In this document: one piece after another, positions 62,574 to 64,000 of the stretch | How the letters are laid out: the number at the start of each line of letters is the position of its first letter | How positions within the stretch are numbered: the stretch's first letter is position 1 | Source of the DNA: an uncultured delta proteobacterium | GTDB taxonomy: Bacteria; Desulfobacterota; Binatia; UBA9968 | DNA length: 64,000 bases | NCBI GenBank assembly: GCA_963760795.1 | Contig: CAVXEP010000012.1 | Location: forward strand, 160,001 to 224,000 | Direction of reading: 5' to 3' | The notes under the pieces: generated by a model | Databases searched by the model: none | Told to the model about the DNA's origin: nothing | What the model saw: the letters and a program-made list of their open reading frames with translations, nothing else | Position numbers and translations under genes: made by a program

Positions 62574-63536
62574 ATGGCGAAAAGCAAAGTACACGGCGAA
62601 ATACCGTACCGAGTCCTCGGCAGCACCAAAGAACAAGTATCAGCCATCGGTCTTGGAGGCTGGCATCTGGGCCTCAAAAAGGTGGATGAACAGCTAAGCA
62701 TCCGCATCGTTCGCGATGCGATTCAGCGCGGCATCAACTTCATGGACAACTGCTGGGACTACAATGACGGCGCCAGCGAGATCCGCATGGGCAAGGCGCT
62801 CCGTGACGGCTATAGGAGCAAAGTGTTCCTGATGACCAAGATCGACGGCCGTTCGAAAAAGGAAGCCGCGCGGCAAGTCGACGAATCGCTGCGTCGCCTG
62901 CAGACCGACTGCATCGACTTGATCCAGCACCACGAGATCCTGCGCTACGAGGATCCGCACCGCATCTTCGATGACGACGGCGCCCATGCGGCGCTCAGCG
63001 AGGCCCGCAAAGCGGGAAAGCTCCGCTACATCGGCTTCACGGGTCACAAGGACCCGCGCATTCACCTTTATATGCTTGAGGTGGCAAAGCAGCAGCGGTT
63101 CAAGTTCGATACGGTGCAGATGCCGCTCAACGTCATGGACGCCCACTACCGGAGCTTTGAAAAACTGGTGCTGCCCCAGCTCGTGAAGCAAAAAATCGGT
63201 GTGCTCGGCATGAAAAGCATGGCCAACGGACTCATTCTGGAGTCGAATACCGTGACCCCGATCGAGTGTCTTCACTATGCGCTGAACTTACCGACGTCGG
63301 TTGTCATCACCGGTGTCGACAGCATGGAGATTCTCGATCAAGCATTCGAGGCGGCGCGCACTTTTCGGCCGATGAGCAACGCCCAGGTGAAATCGGTGCT
63401 GGCAAAGACCGAGAATGCGGCCGCGCGCGGCGAATTCGAGTTGTTCAAAACAACGTCGATATTCGACGGGACTGCAACGCATCCGGCGTGGCTCGGCGAT
63501 GAACCCGAGCGAGTGCAGCGGGTGATGCCGGAGTAG
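62574..63536 (+). CDS. Aldo/keto reductase
   Basis: VSAIGLGG, DNCWDYNDG.SE, FLMTK, SLRRLQTDCIDL, RYIGFTGH. Confidence 0.95.
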   Translation: MAKSKVHGEIPYRVLGSTKEQVSAIGLGGWHLGLKKVDEQLSIRIVRDAIQRGINFMDNCWDYNDGASEIRMGKALRDGYRSKVFLMTKIDGRSKKEAARQVDESLRRLQTDCIDLIQHHEILRYEDPHRIFDDDGAHAALSEARKAGKLRYIGFTGHKDPRIHLYMLEVAKQQRFKFDTVQMPLNVMDAHYRSFEKLVLPQLVKQKIGVLGMKSMANGLILESNTVTPIECLHYALNLPTSVVITGVDSMEILDQAFEAARTFRPMSNAQVKSVLAKTENAAARGEFELFKTTSIFDGTATHPAWLGDEPERVQRVMPE

Positions 63537-64000
63537 AATGCATTGAGAGGTCAGGCGAGGCGCGAGACCAACTAAACTTTTAGCCGGCTTTGATTATCTA
63601 ATGAGCACAGCCTCAAGTACAATTAGGCAATGCGATTCACCAAAGCAGCTAAAGCGCAGGGAACGTAGAAGCTTGAGTTTCGGATTATTTGGACCGCAAT
63701 ATGGTAACGATCGCAGAATGCGAGAGAGCGACGAGAGCACAGTGCCGTAGCCACACTTGTTCATTGTTTCATTCGCTGGTTTATCGTCTGCAAAACTCCA
63801 GCGTCTATGGCGGAGAACTTCATCCATTGGGCCTCATTCTTCTTCACTCGTCCTCGCTTTCCTTGCGTCCACAAGACGACGCCGCTCCACGCAGACTATT
63901 TCGGCGGCTAGCTTGCAATCGATACCACCGGTGCCGAGGTGCGCTTGCGGAAATCGGCGATCGCTATGTCGAAACTTTCAAAGGCAGCGGGGCTTTGCAA

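Overview
Bacterial DNA, plausibly a Deltaproteobacteria-like 'Candidatus Binatota' soil genome (inferred from protein families and repeat style, not verified). 1-16.4 kb is an intact surface-glycan locus beside the prepilin peptidase pilD (GT2, GT4 and GT-C transferases, methyltransferases, a sulfotransferase, Wzm/Wzt), followed by a few housekeeping genes. 16.4-47.7 kb is a decaying accessory region of envelope and lipoprotein genes, many truncated or frameshifted. It also carries dense signalling genes: three sigma54 activators, three NarL/LuxR response regulators and one histidine kinase. 47.7-64 kb is an AT-richer patchwork of small ORFs, stress genes and gene fragments with a probable att-site remnant. 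The most notable unannotated signals are: (i) a ~175-nt structured element present twice, with no transposase, resembling an IS110 non-coding (bridge-RNA) end; (ii) a ~285-nt highly structured intergenic candidate ncRNA at 17.33-17.62 kb; (iii) a bipartite DNA motif repeated five times upstream of island genes, one of them a NarL regulator with Glu in place of the phospho-acceptor Asp; (iv) four sigma54 promoters and a pair of enhancer-like sites. No CRISPR array, rRNA, intact tRNA, integrase or transposase was seen.
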